Shown here: positions 38,859 to 51,024 of the stretch, piece by piece
Layout: each line of letters opens with the position of its first letter
Position numbering within the stretch: position 1 is the first letter of the stretch
Origin: Octopus sinensis
Taxonomy: Eukaryota
Direction of reading: 5' to 3'
Assembly (NCBI RefSeq): GCF_006345805.1
Contig: NC_043007.1
Coordinates: forward strand, 43,276,001 to 43,340,000
Length of the DNA stretch: 64,000 nucleotides
Notes under the pieces: generated by a model
The model's database searches: none
What the model was told of the DNA's origin: nothing
What the model saw: the letters and a program-made list of their open reading frames with translations, nothing else
Made by a program: the position numbers and the translations under genes

Positions 38859-39067
38859 ATATAGCAATAAGAAAATGAAGGGGATCAATAGGTGGTTCAT
38901 CAACTTTTAGACATTATATTATGTTAACTTATTTATTTATTTACTAAACTGATAATTACAATAATATACATATAACGTATTATGCTTTACATATAAGAAA
39001 TAAAATATAGTAATATGTAAGGATACAAGTAATTATTATAAAATAACAAACATGAATATATATATAT

Positions 39068-39118
<51 letters not shown>

Positions 39119-39204
39119 CTGCAATTTTTGCAACTTGTAATAAAGCCTGTCTTTGTATGAAACAATTGTACTAAAAACCAATCCATTCTTGTTGATTCTT
39201 TCTC

Positions 39205-39256
<52 letters not shown>

Positions 39257-40158
39257 GGGATAGGGGTTGGGGCAAAATGAGGTGATTTTACTGCATTTTT
39301 GACTTTGAACCAAAATATATTTTTTACAAATGTTCACTACCTTACATCAGCTAAACCAATGATCTCCCCTAAATGCATTAAAAACATTATAACATGATCT
39401 GATCATCATTTCAGAAAATTATCGCCATTCTCTTTGCGCATATAAAAGAAAGATTTGGCTGGGGCAAAACGAGTAGACCAAGATAAATTTGCCACTTCAG
39501 TTCTTCAAAAAACAGACTCCTGCACACCAATATCTATCCTTAGACATCAGAAAGATCTGAAACGCAAAAAAAAATAAATAAAATAAAAATTAAATGAAAG
39601 AGGGTCAGGAGAAAATAGCATATGATACGGCATTAACGAACCTCAACTAAATAAAGAAAACAAAATATTCTCTGTAGCTTCTTCACATTTGCTAGAATGT
39701 CTTCTTCGTGAGATATTTTACACTCCATGTAGTTTAATTAGTCATTACTCATTTTACCCCAATATAGACCCTATTTTTTGAAACTTGAAAATGATCAAAT
39801 CAGATATTAGTGTGGGAAAAAAAATTAACCTGGAATCCAACAAAAAAAAAGAACATTGATTGTTAGACACCAAAAATTATTCAAATATTTTATTAGCAAC
39901 CTCAGTAACAATCAGGTCAAAAGTTGAGGTAAAATTTCTTGAAAAAAAAGAGAACCTTCCACCTGACTATGTTTTGGACTCTTTCAACTTCAGCAACAAC
40001 AACGTTGACTAATTTTTACTCCTAAAGATTATGCAACAGTACAAAATGATTATACAATCTAATAATTTCAAATAGGGTTGGGAGAAAATAACGAGAAATC
40101 AGAAATTACTCATTTTATCCCAGTTACTAATTTTTCCTCCTCTTTACCCTATTATATA

Positions 40159-41200
40159 TTGGGTTGTCTGGAAAGTTCGTGCCAACTTTTAAAGGAAAGA
40201 AAAAGGTCAATAAATACTTGCCATTACATTCTTAATCAACCAAATATGAACCACTTTGTTGCACAATGCATCTCCATCTTTCCTTTAACTTGGAAATACC
40301 CTCTTCCCAGAATTGAGGTGGTTTCATGGCAAAGAATTCATCAAGGTATCTTTTTATGTCATCCAAGGAATTGAAATTTTTACCATTAAGACTATCCTGC
40401 AGAGACCTGAATAAGTGGAAATCTGAAGGAGCAATATCTGGTGAATATGGAGGGTGGGGTAACACATCCCAACCGAGCTGCAGCAATTTTTGTCTGGTTC
40501 CCAAAGAAACATGCGGTCTTGCATTATCATGTTGTGAAACAACACCCTTCCTGTTGGCCAATTCTGGACGTTTCTCTTGAATTGCTGCTTTTAACTTGTC
40601 CAGTTGTGTGCAGTATTTCTCAGAATTAATTGTCTGGTTACTTGGGAGAAGCTCATAGTAAAGAATTCCTTTCCAATCCCACCAGACACAAAGCAAGACT
40701 TTTTTAGGGTGAAGACCCGCTTTTGGGGTGGCTAAGGGTGGTTCATGTCCCTTACTCCAGGATTGCATTCTCTGAACATTTCGGTAGATAATCCATTTCT
40801 CATCACCTGCCACAATTTGCTTTAAAAAAAGGCGCGTTTTCATTCCATCTATAAAGCGAATCACAGATGGAAATGTGATCCAAAAGGTTCTTTTCACTCA
40901 ACTCATGTGGTACACAAACATCGTAGTGATTTGTATACCCAAGCTTTACCAGGTGTTCATGGCTGACGGATTTTGATAGGGTGAGGTTTTCTGCCAATTT
41001 CTCGGGTTGTGCAATGTGGGTTATTCTCAATTAATGACTTGATTTGGTCATCATCTGTAGTGGATGGTCTGCCTGATTGTTCTTTATCAATAAGGCTACA
41101 ATCTCCAGCTCAGAAGTTTGCAAACCACTTCCGTATAGTTCTTTTGGATAAAGAAACATCACTGTAAACTGCGCATATTTCTTTGGTTGCTTGTGATATT
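40159..41200 (-). mobile_element. Mariner (DD34D) element, frameshifted, one TIR
   Basis: ORF 40232-40897: GDEKW, LHPKKVLLCVWWD, HDNARPH, HPPYSPDIAPSDFHLF; TA|TTGGGTTGTCTGGAAAGTTCGTG terminus. Confidence 0.92.
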
Positions 41201-41730
41201 AAATGAAACAAAAACACAATAGAGGAGAATAAAACATTCAGACAAATGGATGATACAAAGGCGGACAGGAAAAAACAACAATTAGAAGGACAGGCAAAAA
41301 CAGACAGGTCATTCGTGGCCTACTTTCCTTAGTCAAGTTACCAGAAGTCCATACTGTTTTGGACAGTTACACTTGAGACAGTTCAATCTGGTTGCCCCAT
41401 CAAAAAGTCTAAGCTAAGAGCATTAGATTTTTTTGTAAGAAAACTTGCGAATGTGTATGGCAGCAAAGGCAAAAAATAGAGAACATGATACACAATTACA
41501 AATACAAACAATAATAATATAACAGGTGTCTTTCAACTGAGAACGAATCAAATTGAGCTGGCAAGTGAAAGCCTAAAGGCAGGAACATAAGAGGTGGACA
41601 TAAAAAGTGTTGGTGGTCAGCAGTCAGGCCAAGAATTAAAGATCATGGCTGGTTGGACACCGGTCATGTTTTGTTTACAATATATTGCTGGTTGAAGTGG
41701 ACCTTGGCTATCGCTCTGGCAACCAGGTAC

Positions 41731-41779
41731 TCATGACTGAGGATGAGTCAACCATCCCAAAACTGAGTCAGTCTCATGA
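41731..41779 (+). ncRNA. Decayed type-I hammerhead motif
   Basis: TCATGA-CTGAGGA-(degenerate stem II)-AAAAC(TGAGTCA)GTC-TCATGA: stem I TCATGA/TCATGA, stem III ACTG/CAGT, GUC cleavage triplet; G12 replaced by A. Confidence 0.45.
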
Positions 41780-42060
41780 TCCTGTTGTCTGCTAGAGGGT
41801 AGTAGGAGTTCGCTTCCTCTGCTAGCAATATATAGAGTGTAGCACTGCACCGATAACCAGGTAGCAGAGGATTGCCTGGGTTAAACTAGTAGTAACATGG
41901 AACAGTCACTTTGAAGTGATTAACTTTACTTGTTAGTATAGTTACTACACTGATCTCTTCTTCAGATTTTACAACTAGCTATTTTACTTATATATATATA
42001 TATTATATATATATATATATATATAGTTTAACCCCAGGCAATCCTCTGCTACCTGGTTAT

Positions 42061-43067
42061 CGAAACAAACCGATAGAAATTTCTAAAAAATTTGTTATTA
42101 CCGTATTGGTCCAATTTTGGAGTTAATTCATAAGGATTTTCTCCTCTTCAGCGGCAAATACGCGAGATATAAGTGAAATACTTACTCATACCCATGGAAA
42201 AAGCAAGCACTGAGTCCTGAGCAGACCTAAGTACCCCAAATATAACCAAAATAGAAAATCTTCGGCACATCTCGAGACACATGTGATTTGAACTAGAAAC
42301 TTTCACAAAGTGAGAGAATCCGGAAGTGAACACTATTCAATTTATAAACTAATGTAGGATAAAATTTTTTTTGGGGAAAAAAATTTCATCACGAATTTTT
42401 TAGAAATTTCTATCGGTTTGTTTCGAGACACATAAATTATAATGGTTATTGACAATTTTTGTTTTTCGGCATATTTGGCATTAGAATTTTTCTTTTGTCC
42501 TTATCTTGTAAATTATTTATAAACTTAACCTTTAAATGTATTTTTTGATATGCTGGCCATTGATGAAATTTTTTTCCACGAAAAAAATTTTATCCTACAT
42601 TAGTTTATAAATTGAATAGTGTTCACTTCCGGATTCTCTCACTTTGTGAAAGTTTCTAGTTCGAATCACATGTGTCTCGAGATGTGCCGAAGATTTTCTA
42701 TTTTGGTTATATTTGGGGTACTTAGGTCTGCTCAGGACTCAGTGCTTGCTTTTTCCATGGGTATGAGTAAGTATTTCACTTATATCTCGCGTATTTGCCA
42801 CTGAAGAGGAGAAAATTCTTATGAATTAACTCCGAAATTGGACCAATACAGTAATAACAAATTTTTTAGAAATTTCTATCGGTTTGTTTCGAGACACATA
42901 AATTATAATGGTTATTGACAATTTTTGTTTTTCGGCATATTTGGCATTAGAATTTTTCTTTTGCCCTTATCTTGTAAATTATTTATAAATTTAGCCTTTA
43001 AAGGTATTTTTTGATATGATGGCCATTGAGGAAATTTTTTTCCCCCGAAAAAAGTTTTATCCTACAT

Positions 43068-43075
<8 letters not shown>
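42061..43075. repeat. ~330-bp inverted duplication joined to 1.4 tandem copies of a ~466-bp unit
   Basis: 42061-42391 is the reverse complement of 42561-42891; ~42395-42608 is repeated at ~42861-43075. Confidence 0.92.
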
Positions 43076-43129
<54 letters not shown>

Positions 43130-43136
<7 letters not shown>

Positions 43137-43570
43137 GGGAGTATAACTCCAAACTAACAGGGAAAAATTCAATTTAGTATTAACCCTTTTGATACCAATC
43201 TGTCTGAAATGGGCTCTGACTCTGAGTACAAATGTCTTGTTTTCATAAGTTTTGAATTAAAATCTTCCACCAAACCATAGCCACAATTTATGTTCCTAAC
43301 ACTAGCTGAGTGATAACTAAGTTATTTTATTAAACTCTTTGTTATATTTAAAGTAATTGAAGGAAATACAGAGCATCTCAAAATAAATACAGTAGCGAAA
43401 GAGTTAAATCAAATTTCACACTATAAATATATAACATATATAAATTAGAGAAAAACCGCTATTATGTCATTCAAACAATGATAGACATAAACCAAATCAT
43501 AAAGAAAAAATAAAATATATTATAAAACAACTAAATCACAAAAACTACAAAAAATGAATAAACAATATAT
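43130..43570 (+). mobile_element. 5' fragment of the same Penelope-like family, interrupted by a TTAA MITE
   Basis: ATAATATTAGGGAGT...CCAAACT(T/A)ACAGGGAAAAATT and TAAATTAGAGA(T)AAAACC shared with 13320-13440. Confidence 0.7.
43184..43403. mobile_element. piggyBac-type MITE (TTAA TSD)
   Basis: TTAA|CCCTTTTGATAC...GTAGCGAAAGAG|TTAA; the related copy at ~13371 has a single TTAA (empty site). Confidence 0.75.
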
Positions 43571-43575
43571 AATTA

Positions 43576-43612
<37 letters not shown>

Positions 43613-43929
43613 GAAGTATATTTGCCACTTAAATGTGGCTAACCCTTAAGGGTGGATGCTACTGTAGCTTGTGGCCCCAGGAGGACACCCCCTCCAGCTG
43701 GCCATTGACACACTTTCTGTACCCTATCAGTATTTGCAAAGGGAAGCCATCCTTCCCATCTTCAACCAATTTCAAGACACTGAGCTCTACGACTGTGATG
43801 ACAAATAACTGAGATATCTGGCACCTTGCTGTACTCAAGATGACGTATCCACTGCAGAAGAATTGATATCCTAAACCATCTTAGTTAATGCTCCCCTCTC
43901 AGTTGAAGGAGCTTTTGTTTTACAAATCA

Positions 43930-44132
43930 CTTGGTGACCCTGTTGTTGCTGATGCCATGTAAAAAGCAGTAGTAATGAGGCCATGTAAAAAACACCCGAT
44001 ATATCTGTTAAGTAGTTGGTTTGGGAAGGGTTTTCAAACAAAGCCTGATGTAGTCCCTGGCCTTACCAGCTACTGTTAAACTGTCCAACTCATGGAAGCA
44101 TGGAAAATGGATGTTAAATGATGAGGATGATA
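43930..44132 (+). mobile_element. RTE 3'-end fragment (degenerate), head-to-tail with the 44160 copy
   Basis: GTCCAACTCATGGAAGCATGGAAAATGGATGTTAAATGATGAGGATGAT. Confidence 0.7.
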
Positions 44133-44159
44133 TACATATATATATATATACATATACTT

Positions 44160-45325
44160 CTAAGTGTAAGCTATGGACACATAAGAGGAAGGCTAAATAG
44201 GAAGATAGTTTTTGTATGTGGCAGATGCTCAGGAGCAATAAACACTGAAAATGTTCAGAGAACAACTTCCGACACATTCCAGGAAGAAAAACTAGAAGTA
44301 GTTGATAGCTTCCATTACCTAGGTGACCAAGTCAGTAGCAGGGGTGGGTGTGCTGAAAGTGTAACTGCTAGAGTAAGAATAGTCTGGGCAAAGTTCAGAG
44401 AGCTCTTAGCTCTCCTGGTGACAAAAGGCCTCTCGCTCAGAGTAAAAGGTAGACTGTATGATGCATGTGTGCGAACAGCCATGCTACATGGCAGTGAAAC
44501 ATGGGCCATGACTGCTGAGGATATGCGTAAGCTTGCAAGAAATGAAGCCAGTATGCTCCGATGGATGTGTAATGTCAGTGTGCATACTCGACAGAGTGTA
44601 AGTACCTTGAGAGAAATGTTGAACCTAAGAAGCATCAGTTGTGGTGTGTAAGAGAGACGATTGCACTGGTATGGTCATGTGGTGAGAATGGATGAAGATA
44701 GTTGTGTGAAAAAGTGCCACACCCTAGCGGTTGAGGGAACCTGTGGAAGAGGTAGACCCAGGAAAACCTGGGATGAGGTGGTGAAGCACGACCTTCAAAC
44801 ATTAGGTTTCACCGAGACCTTTGGAAGTATGCTGTGCATGAGAAGACCCGGCAGGACAAGTGAGACCATAACCCGTGGCCTCTACCTGGGTTGTAGCCAG
44901 TCCACTTATGCATACCTTTCCTTCTTGGGACACAAAACTCTACTTGCGAAGACCTGTTGAGCCAAGTGAAATCGAAATCGATCAAAAATCAATGGAAATT
45001 GTAGTTGTGATACCAGTGCCGGTGGCACATAAAAGAGCCATCCGAACGTGGCGGTTGCCAGCGCCACCTCGACTGGCCTCCGTGCCGATGGCACGTAAAA
45101 AGCACCGACCGAGTGTGGCCATTGCCAGCCTCACCTGGCACCTGTGCCAGTGGCATGTAAAAAGCACCCACTACACTCACGGAGTGGTTGGCGTTAGGAA
45201 GGGCATCCAGCTGTAGAAACACTGCCAGATCAGGCTGGGCCTGGTGAAGCCTCCTGGCTCCCCAGACCCCAGTCCAACCCATGCTAGCATGGAAAGCAGA
45301 CGTTAAACGATGATGATGATGATAT
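44160..45325 (+). mobile_element. 5'-truncated RTE LINE copy (retains YLG; only ~3 UTR repeat units)
   Basis: ORF 44118-44651 (FVCGRC...VVDSFHYLGDQVSS...), GRGRPRKTWDEVV, 3' end with (GAT)n. Confidence 0.93.
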
Positions 45326-45902
45326 ATATATATATATGTATGTATGTATATATATACATATATATGTATCTCTTATTATAAAAGGCAGATTTTATCTGCC
45401 TCCCTTTGTCTCTTATAGAAATCTACAATATAGGATTTCTTCAATTACAATTTACCTGGCATTTTTAAGAGTAGAATGCATCGGGTCGTGCCAGGTCCAG
45501 TTTTTCAAATTTCAACCCCAATTAAGCAAAATTTAGAGAAAACTCACATTGTGGTGTCTAAGTCAAGTGCTTTTCTTAGTGTGGGCTACAGCACACGCAC
45601 ACGCACACACACACAAACGGAGCGAACTGTTTCACTGACGCTATCACCCTAATTTCTCCTCCTTTCTCTTTGCAAGTGTGCAACAATTAAAGTGAAAGTA
45701 ATTAACTTTTTGTAGTGAGTGACTCTTTCACTCTGCATTCCCACTTCCTATTTACACACATAGACACGCAAATATATAAATAAAATTGTAAGCTAACGTG
45801 TGTGTGTGTACGTGTGTGTGAGTGTGTGTGCGTGTGTGTGTGCGCGCGTGTGTGTGTGTGTGTGCGTGTGTGTGTGTGCGTGTGTGTGAGTGTGTGACAG
45901 GA

Positions 45903-46420
45903 AAGTTTTTTAGGACGAATATAAGACCTAAAGTATATCCAAGTAGCAGAAAGATCGCCCAAAAGTGTATATAGATATTTAAATGTATTTATATATTTAT
46001 CTGTACACAGATGTATGTATAATGTGTGTGTATATATTTCCATAGACGTAACCATTCACTCCACACAAAGTTTTTTAGGACGAAAATAAGATCTAAAGTT
46101 ATCTCTAAGTAGCACAAAGATCGCCCAAAAGTGTATATAGATATATAAATGTATTTATATATTCATCTATGCACACATGTATGTATAACGTGTGTGTATA
46201 TATTTCCATAGAGGTAACCATTCACTCTATACAAAGTTTTTTAGGACGAAAATAAGATCTAAGGTTATCTCTAAGAAACAGAAAGATCGCCCAAAAGTGT
46301 ATATAGATATTTAAATGTATTTATATATTCATCTATACACACATGTATGTATAATGTGCGTGTATATATTTCCATAGAGGTAACCATTCAATCCATACAA
46401 AGTTTTTTAGGACGAAAATA
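45903..46420. repeat. ~166-bp tandem repeat (3 units + start of a 4th) inside the Helitron
   Basis: AAGTTTTTTAGGACGAA at 45903, 46068, 46234 and 46400. Confidence 0.92.
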
Positions 46421-46666
46421 TTTATATATAAAAGAAAGGTTGTGTGTCTGTCTACTCCGATTTAGATTCCTAACTACTCCCACATTTTGCGATGCAGTTT
46501 AACCAAAAGCGGGTATCTTATAGTCGTGATTCATATCGAGCCCTTCTGTGTATTAGCGCGCGTCTACGATGAGTCTATGATTTTACAAATAATTTACCAT
46601 CATTTTTTCCATTTTAATGCATATTTTTTTTAATAAAGGGAAGTAACTCTCAAACTTCACACCAAT

Positions 46667-47188
46667 ATGCGTGCTCATATGCGACGTAATATCACATCAG
46701 CAGCATTTCCTCACACCCTCCTTGCACTTGGCGAAGGCAAAATACCAGGGGATGAAAATGGTAATATTGCCATCGATTCCATTTGTACCATTGTTAAGAC
46801 GCCTTCTGATCTCAGAGATGCAGTGTTCCCAGATCTACAAGCTAATTATCAGAATATGGATTGGATTGGCAAAAAGGCTACACTGGCCCCGAGGAATAAA
46901 ACTGTTCACCATATTAATGATGAAATGCTAAAACTCATTCCTGGGGAAGTCTATGTATATCAGTCTATCGATACAACTCCTGACCCAGAGGACGTCATCA
47001 ACTATCCAATAGAGGTACTCAATTCCTTTGAGCACCCCAGACTACCACCACACTTTCTCAAACTTAAAGTTGGTGCCCCTATAATGCTCATCAGAAATTT
47101 GGTTCCCCCAAAACAATGCAATGGCACACGTTTGATCGTTAAGTCCTTATCTCCCACCGTAAACTTATATCAATATTTGCCTGAATAA
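46667..47188 (+). pseudogene. Helitron PIF1-like helicase fragment
   Basis: Helicase C-terminal-half motifs listed above; no Rep domain and no Walker A. Confidence 0.88.
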
Positions 47189-48109
47189 TCATCATAATTC
47201 AGTGCAATCATTAACAGTACTTCCAAGCAATTCAGCCCCGAGCAACGCCGGGCAATTCTGCTAGTGTATATATAAATATATATATACAGACATGCATGCT
47301 CACACACACACACACACACATAAAATTATAATTTCGGGTATCTATTGGAAATAGGTGGAAATATATATATACACATACAACATACGATATACTTACATAT
47401 ACGAACGTGTGCGTACGTGCATATATATGTATCTATACGTTCGTATATGTAAGTATAACGTGTGTTGTATATATATATAAATATATATATATTGTTGATT
47501 GCCAGTTTGACTCTATGGGACTTAAAGTTTTGTAGGTTCGTAGGACGAACCTATCTCGACAGGTATCTTGAAATACTTGATGAAATTAGTTCGTTGTAAG
47601 GGTGGGCATACAAATATAAATCCAAAAAGAACTAACCATATGCTCTGAGCCCAAAGATTGCTTGGAGACATAAAGTGTGTTATATAAATCTGCGTAATCT
47701 CAGTAGGTCTTATGTATGTATGTATGCATATATTTATATATAATCATGCGTGTATGCGCATATCGCTGTAAATATGTTGTTATAGTACAGGGGAGGTAAC
47801 TCTGGTAAATTTATTGATCCACTGAAATAAGAACTGATCTAACTGGTTGAACCACTTGTTAAGTGATGCTTTACGATGGCAGTTCTATGAATTAACAAAA
47901 ATAAATAAAAAATATGTTTACAAGTGTCATGTGTAGTCGAGAGATTTGCTTTGCACCATGTGTTTCTTGATCCGAGCCCTGTAAGTATGTTTAATACTAA
48001 AAAGTTTTATCATGAAAAAGCACATAGATGCAATAAGTCTTTCTTATGAAATGATTTATTAATTAGTAGATAATGGATTTTTTTAAAGCGGTGTTTAAGA
48101 CATTGGGTA

Positions 48110-48569
48110 CAGGGCAGGATTAAGACCTATCGAGGCCCTAAGCACTTGAAAGATATTGATGCCCCCATAAAAGATTATGTAATTCAAAATATAAACAATA
48201 ACAGATCATAAAATAAATTTTCATTTTTCAAAACGAAACAAACAGTAAGAGGGATAATAATGTTTATTTTTGTACACTTCCGCTTTCCTTAAATCCTTAA
48301 AAATGTTTTAGCCCGAAGGCCGCGGCCATGCTGGGGCGAAAAGTTTCCTCCTACTTTTTTGAATGGCAAAGTCTTTGACCAGATCCTCAACATTAATCTT
48401 AGGTAACACATCTGAATCTATACTTAATAGAGGTAAAGGCACCCCGAATTTAGCAAGTTTAAATTGATTTCTTTTGTGCCGTAAGCCATTTACCATTTCT
48501 GTGGTGCGCTCTCCTTCCCTTGATGCCCTAAGCACGTGCTTATCTTGCTTAATGGTTAATCCAGCGCTG
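48110..48569 (-). mobile_element. hAT deletion derivative retaining the transposase C-terminal tail
   Basis: TIR CAGGGCAGGATTA / TAATCCAGCGCTG; 8-bp TSD ATTGGGTA/ATGGAGTA; LSIDSDVLPKINVEDLVKDFAIQKSRRK. Confidence 0.72.
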
Positions 48570-48828
48570 ATGGAGTATGACGGATTTTAAAGACAATTTA
48601 GGTCCCCAATTAGGATGCACATTTATACTTTGCCGCACAAGCAGCTCGCTTTGCAACCAGTTAGTTTCGGGTTCAGCTTCACTGCAAGACACCTTGAACA
48701 AGTGTCTTCCTCGCTAGTTCGAACCAAATAATGCCTTGGTAAGGAATTTAGATGACGGGAACAGTGTGGAAGCTCGCCATATACGCACACACACACATAT
48801 ATATTATATATATATATGTGCTTATTAA

Positions 48829-49399
48829 AGCTGCAAAATTATCATAAGATTGTTACTCAGAGTTTAACGCTCGCGTTCGTCGGACAGTTGTGACGAGTTT
48901 TCATCACAACTATCTGGCGAACGGAAACGGGATCTTTTCGGTTTGAACGGCAGTTTTTCTAGCGGTGTCATATGAAATTGTCACCCATAATTACGACCCT
49001 AGTTTCAATCTATTGCATTTCAATCTGTTTTAGGGTTGGTTAGAGTTAGGGGTGGGGGAAGGGTATCTTTTTTCCTTGACAAATATAAATAAACCCAATC
49101 TGTTTCTTAAACGAGGGACATATTCATACGGCACAGAATGTTTTTTTTTTTACCTCAATAGACGTATTTAATAGGTTGAATTTGCAGAAATTGAAGAAAA
49201 GAAACAACAAATATCTTACAAACTATAGAATTTTCTCGTTAAACCAAAAGAAAAAGATGTTTTATAAACACATTCTACCAGTATACGAAGTTAAACATTT
49301 TTTAGTTACCTAGAAATTATGTTAAAAACTGCCGTTCAAACCGAAAAGATCCCGGAAACGTGAAACTCTGAGTAACAGCCTTGTGATAATTTTGCAGCT
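48829..49399. mobile_element. TTAA-flanked MITE with AG termini (Kolobok-like), host of a nested MITE
   Basis: TTAA|AGCTGCAAAATTATCA...ACTCAGAGTTT / AAACTCTGAGT...TGATAATTTTGCAGCT|TTAA. Confidence 0.7.
48930..49352. mobile_element. GG-terminated MITE with perfect 8-bp TSD (Merlin-like)
   Basis: TIR GGATCTTTTCGGTTTGAACGGCAGTTTT; TSD CGGAAACG both sides; central TTAGGG-like motifs. Confidence 0.85.
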
Positions 49400-49515
49400 T
49401 TAATAAAACCAGATTATTCTACGAAACGTAGAGAGTAATAATAGAGTAAATAGAGAACTATAAAGTACTTTTTTTTCCATGTGTTCACCTGTGAGTGTGT
49501 GTGTGCCTGTTCGTA

Positions 49516-50165
49516 GGCGCAGGACTTGCTGTGTGGTAAGAATCTTGCTTTACAACCACATGGTTCCAAGTTCAGTCCCAACGTGGCACCTTGGGCAAGT
49601 GTCTTCTCCTATAGCTTCTGGCCGGCCAAAGTCTTGTGAGTGGATTTAGTTGACGGAAACTGAAAGAAACACGTCGTTCTCTCTCTCTCTATATATATAT
49701 ATGTATACAGTGGCGGACTGGCCAGATTGTCAGCCCTGCGCCATTAGAATCCATATATGGGGGCCCATCCCCTCAAGTTTGAGAATTTTTTATTCTCTCG
49801 TGGAAGAATGCATTATTTCAGCCTGGCTGTATTTTATAGACAGTTGAAAAGAATACTTTTAACACACACACAAAAATAGCATTGTAGTTTGGGGGTGGAC
49901 CCTCTTAGTCTCTTGGCAACCAATATTTTTAGACCCAGTCCGCCACTGTATGTATTTGTATGCCTCTGTTTGCCCCCCCCCCATCATAGCTTGACAACTA
50001 ATGTTGGTGTGCTACGTCTCCTTAATTTAATGGTTCGGCAAAATATAGCAATAGAATAAATACTAGACTTACAAAGAATAAGTCTTGGGATCGATTTGTT
50101 CGACTAAAGGCGGCATTCCAGCATGGCCGCAGTCAAATGACTCAAACAACTAAAAGAATAAAAGA
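49516..50165 (+). mobile_element. tRNA-derived CORE-type SINE (near full length, with hAT insertion)
   Basis: Head GGCGCAGGA..GCTGTGTGGTAAG..GTTCAGTCCC; CORE-like CCTTGGGCAAGTG; central (TA)n; tail GGCCGCAGTCAAATGACT.AAAC. Confidence 0.82.
49708..49948. mobile_element. hAT-type MITE inside a SINE
   Basis: 14-bp TIR CAGTGGCGGACTGG; TSD TATGTATA/TATGTATT. Confidence 0.82.
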
Positions 50166-50227
50166 AGGCGGTGCCCCAGCATGGCCACAGCTCATTAGCT
50201 GAAACTAGAAAAATCAAAAAAATCAAA

Positions 50228-50290
<63 letters not shown>

Positions 50291-51024
50291 TGTCTATGTG
50301 TGTTTGTCCCCCTCCCACCGCTTGGTTAATTTTCGTCCCCATAAGTTAGCAGTTCAGCAAAAAGAACCGATAGAAGAAGTCCAGAATTTGTTCGACTAAA
50401 AACCCTTCAAGGCAGTGCTCCATCGTAGCACAGCCCAAGGACTGCAACAAGTAAAAGAAATATATACAGGGACTTAGGATAAGGATAGTTACGATTTTCT
50501 TGCTATTCTATCTATTCAACCATCCAAAGCAAGGCCTTTCAACCAACAAACAACCTCTAGCCACAGATATATCGGCTAGTTTTTGAATAGCTTCCACATT
50601 TAAAGGACAGGGGCAATATGGCCGAATAGCTGAGAAGTTTGCATCGTAATCACGAGGTGCCGGGTTCGATTCCACTTTGTGCAGTATCTTGGGCAAATAT
50701 CAATTTCTATAGCTTCAGTTGACCCCTACCGTGTAAGTAAAAAAAAAAAGGTACCTTCACGAGTCATACCGATTCAAAAGGGCCCGTTTCCGGGGTTCAT
50801 GACGTATATATTCCTCACCTGGACGGGATACCGGTCCGTTTCAGAATTACTCAATTTTGATGGCTCGGAGTGGACTGGAGCAACGTGAAATTATGTGTTT
50901 TGCTCAACACAACGCGTCACAAAAAGCTATCACTTCAAGGGATACCAGCAATTATATTTGTTGTCAACGCAATAGGTCAAAGCTTCTATGGCGGCAGTAT
51001 GGCAATAGGAAACTGTATATTGGG

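Larger units (their letters stand above)
45369..47264 (+). mobile_element. Chimeric Helitron with PIF1-helicase remnant
   Basis: A|TC 5' end; 3' CCCGAGCAACGCCGGG hairpin plus CTAG|T; ORF 46667-47188 with LAPRN, PPHFLKLKVGAPIMLIRNL...CNGTRLIV. Confidence 0.9.

Noticed and set aside
42148-42804. Two near-identical 61-aa ORFs on opposite strands as duplicated genes
   Set aside because: They result from the inverted duplication; no recognisable domain and non-ATG starts.
49516-49590. tRNA genes (also ~50625-50680, ~3990-4010, ~36470-36490)
   Set aside because: A/B-box-like heads run into SINE bodies and give no complete cloverleaf.
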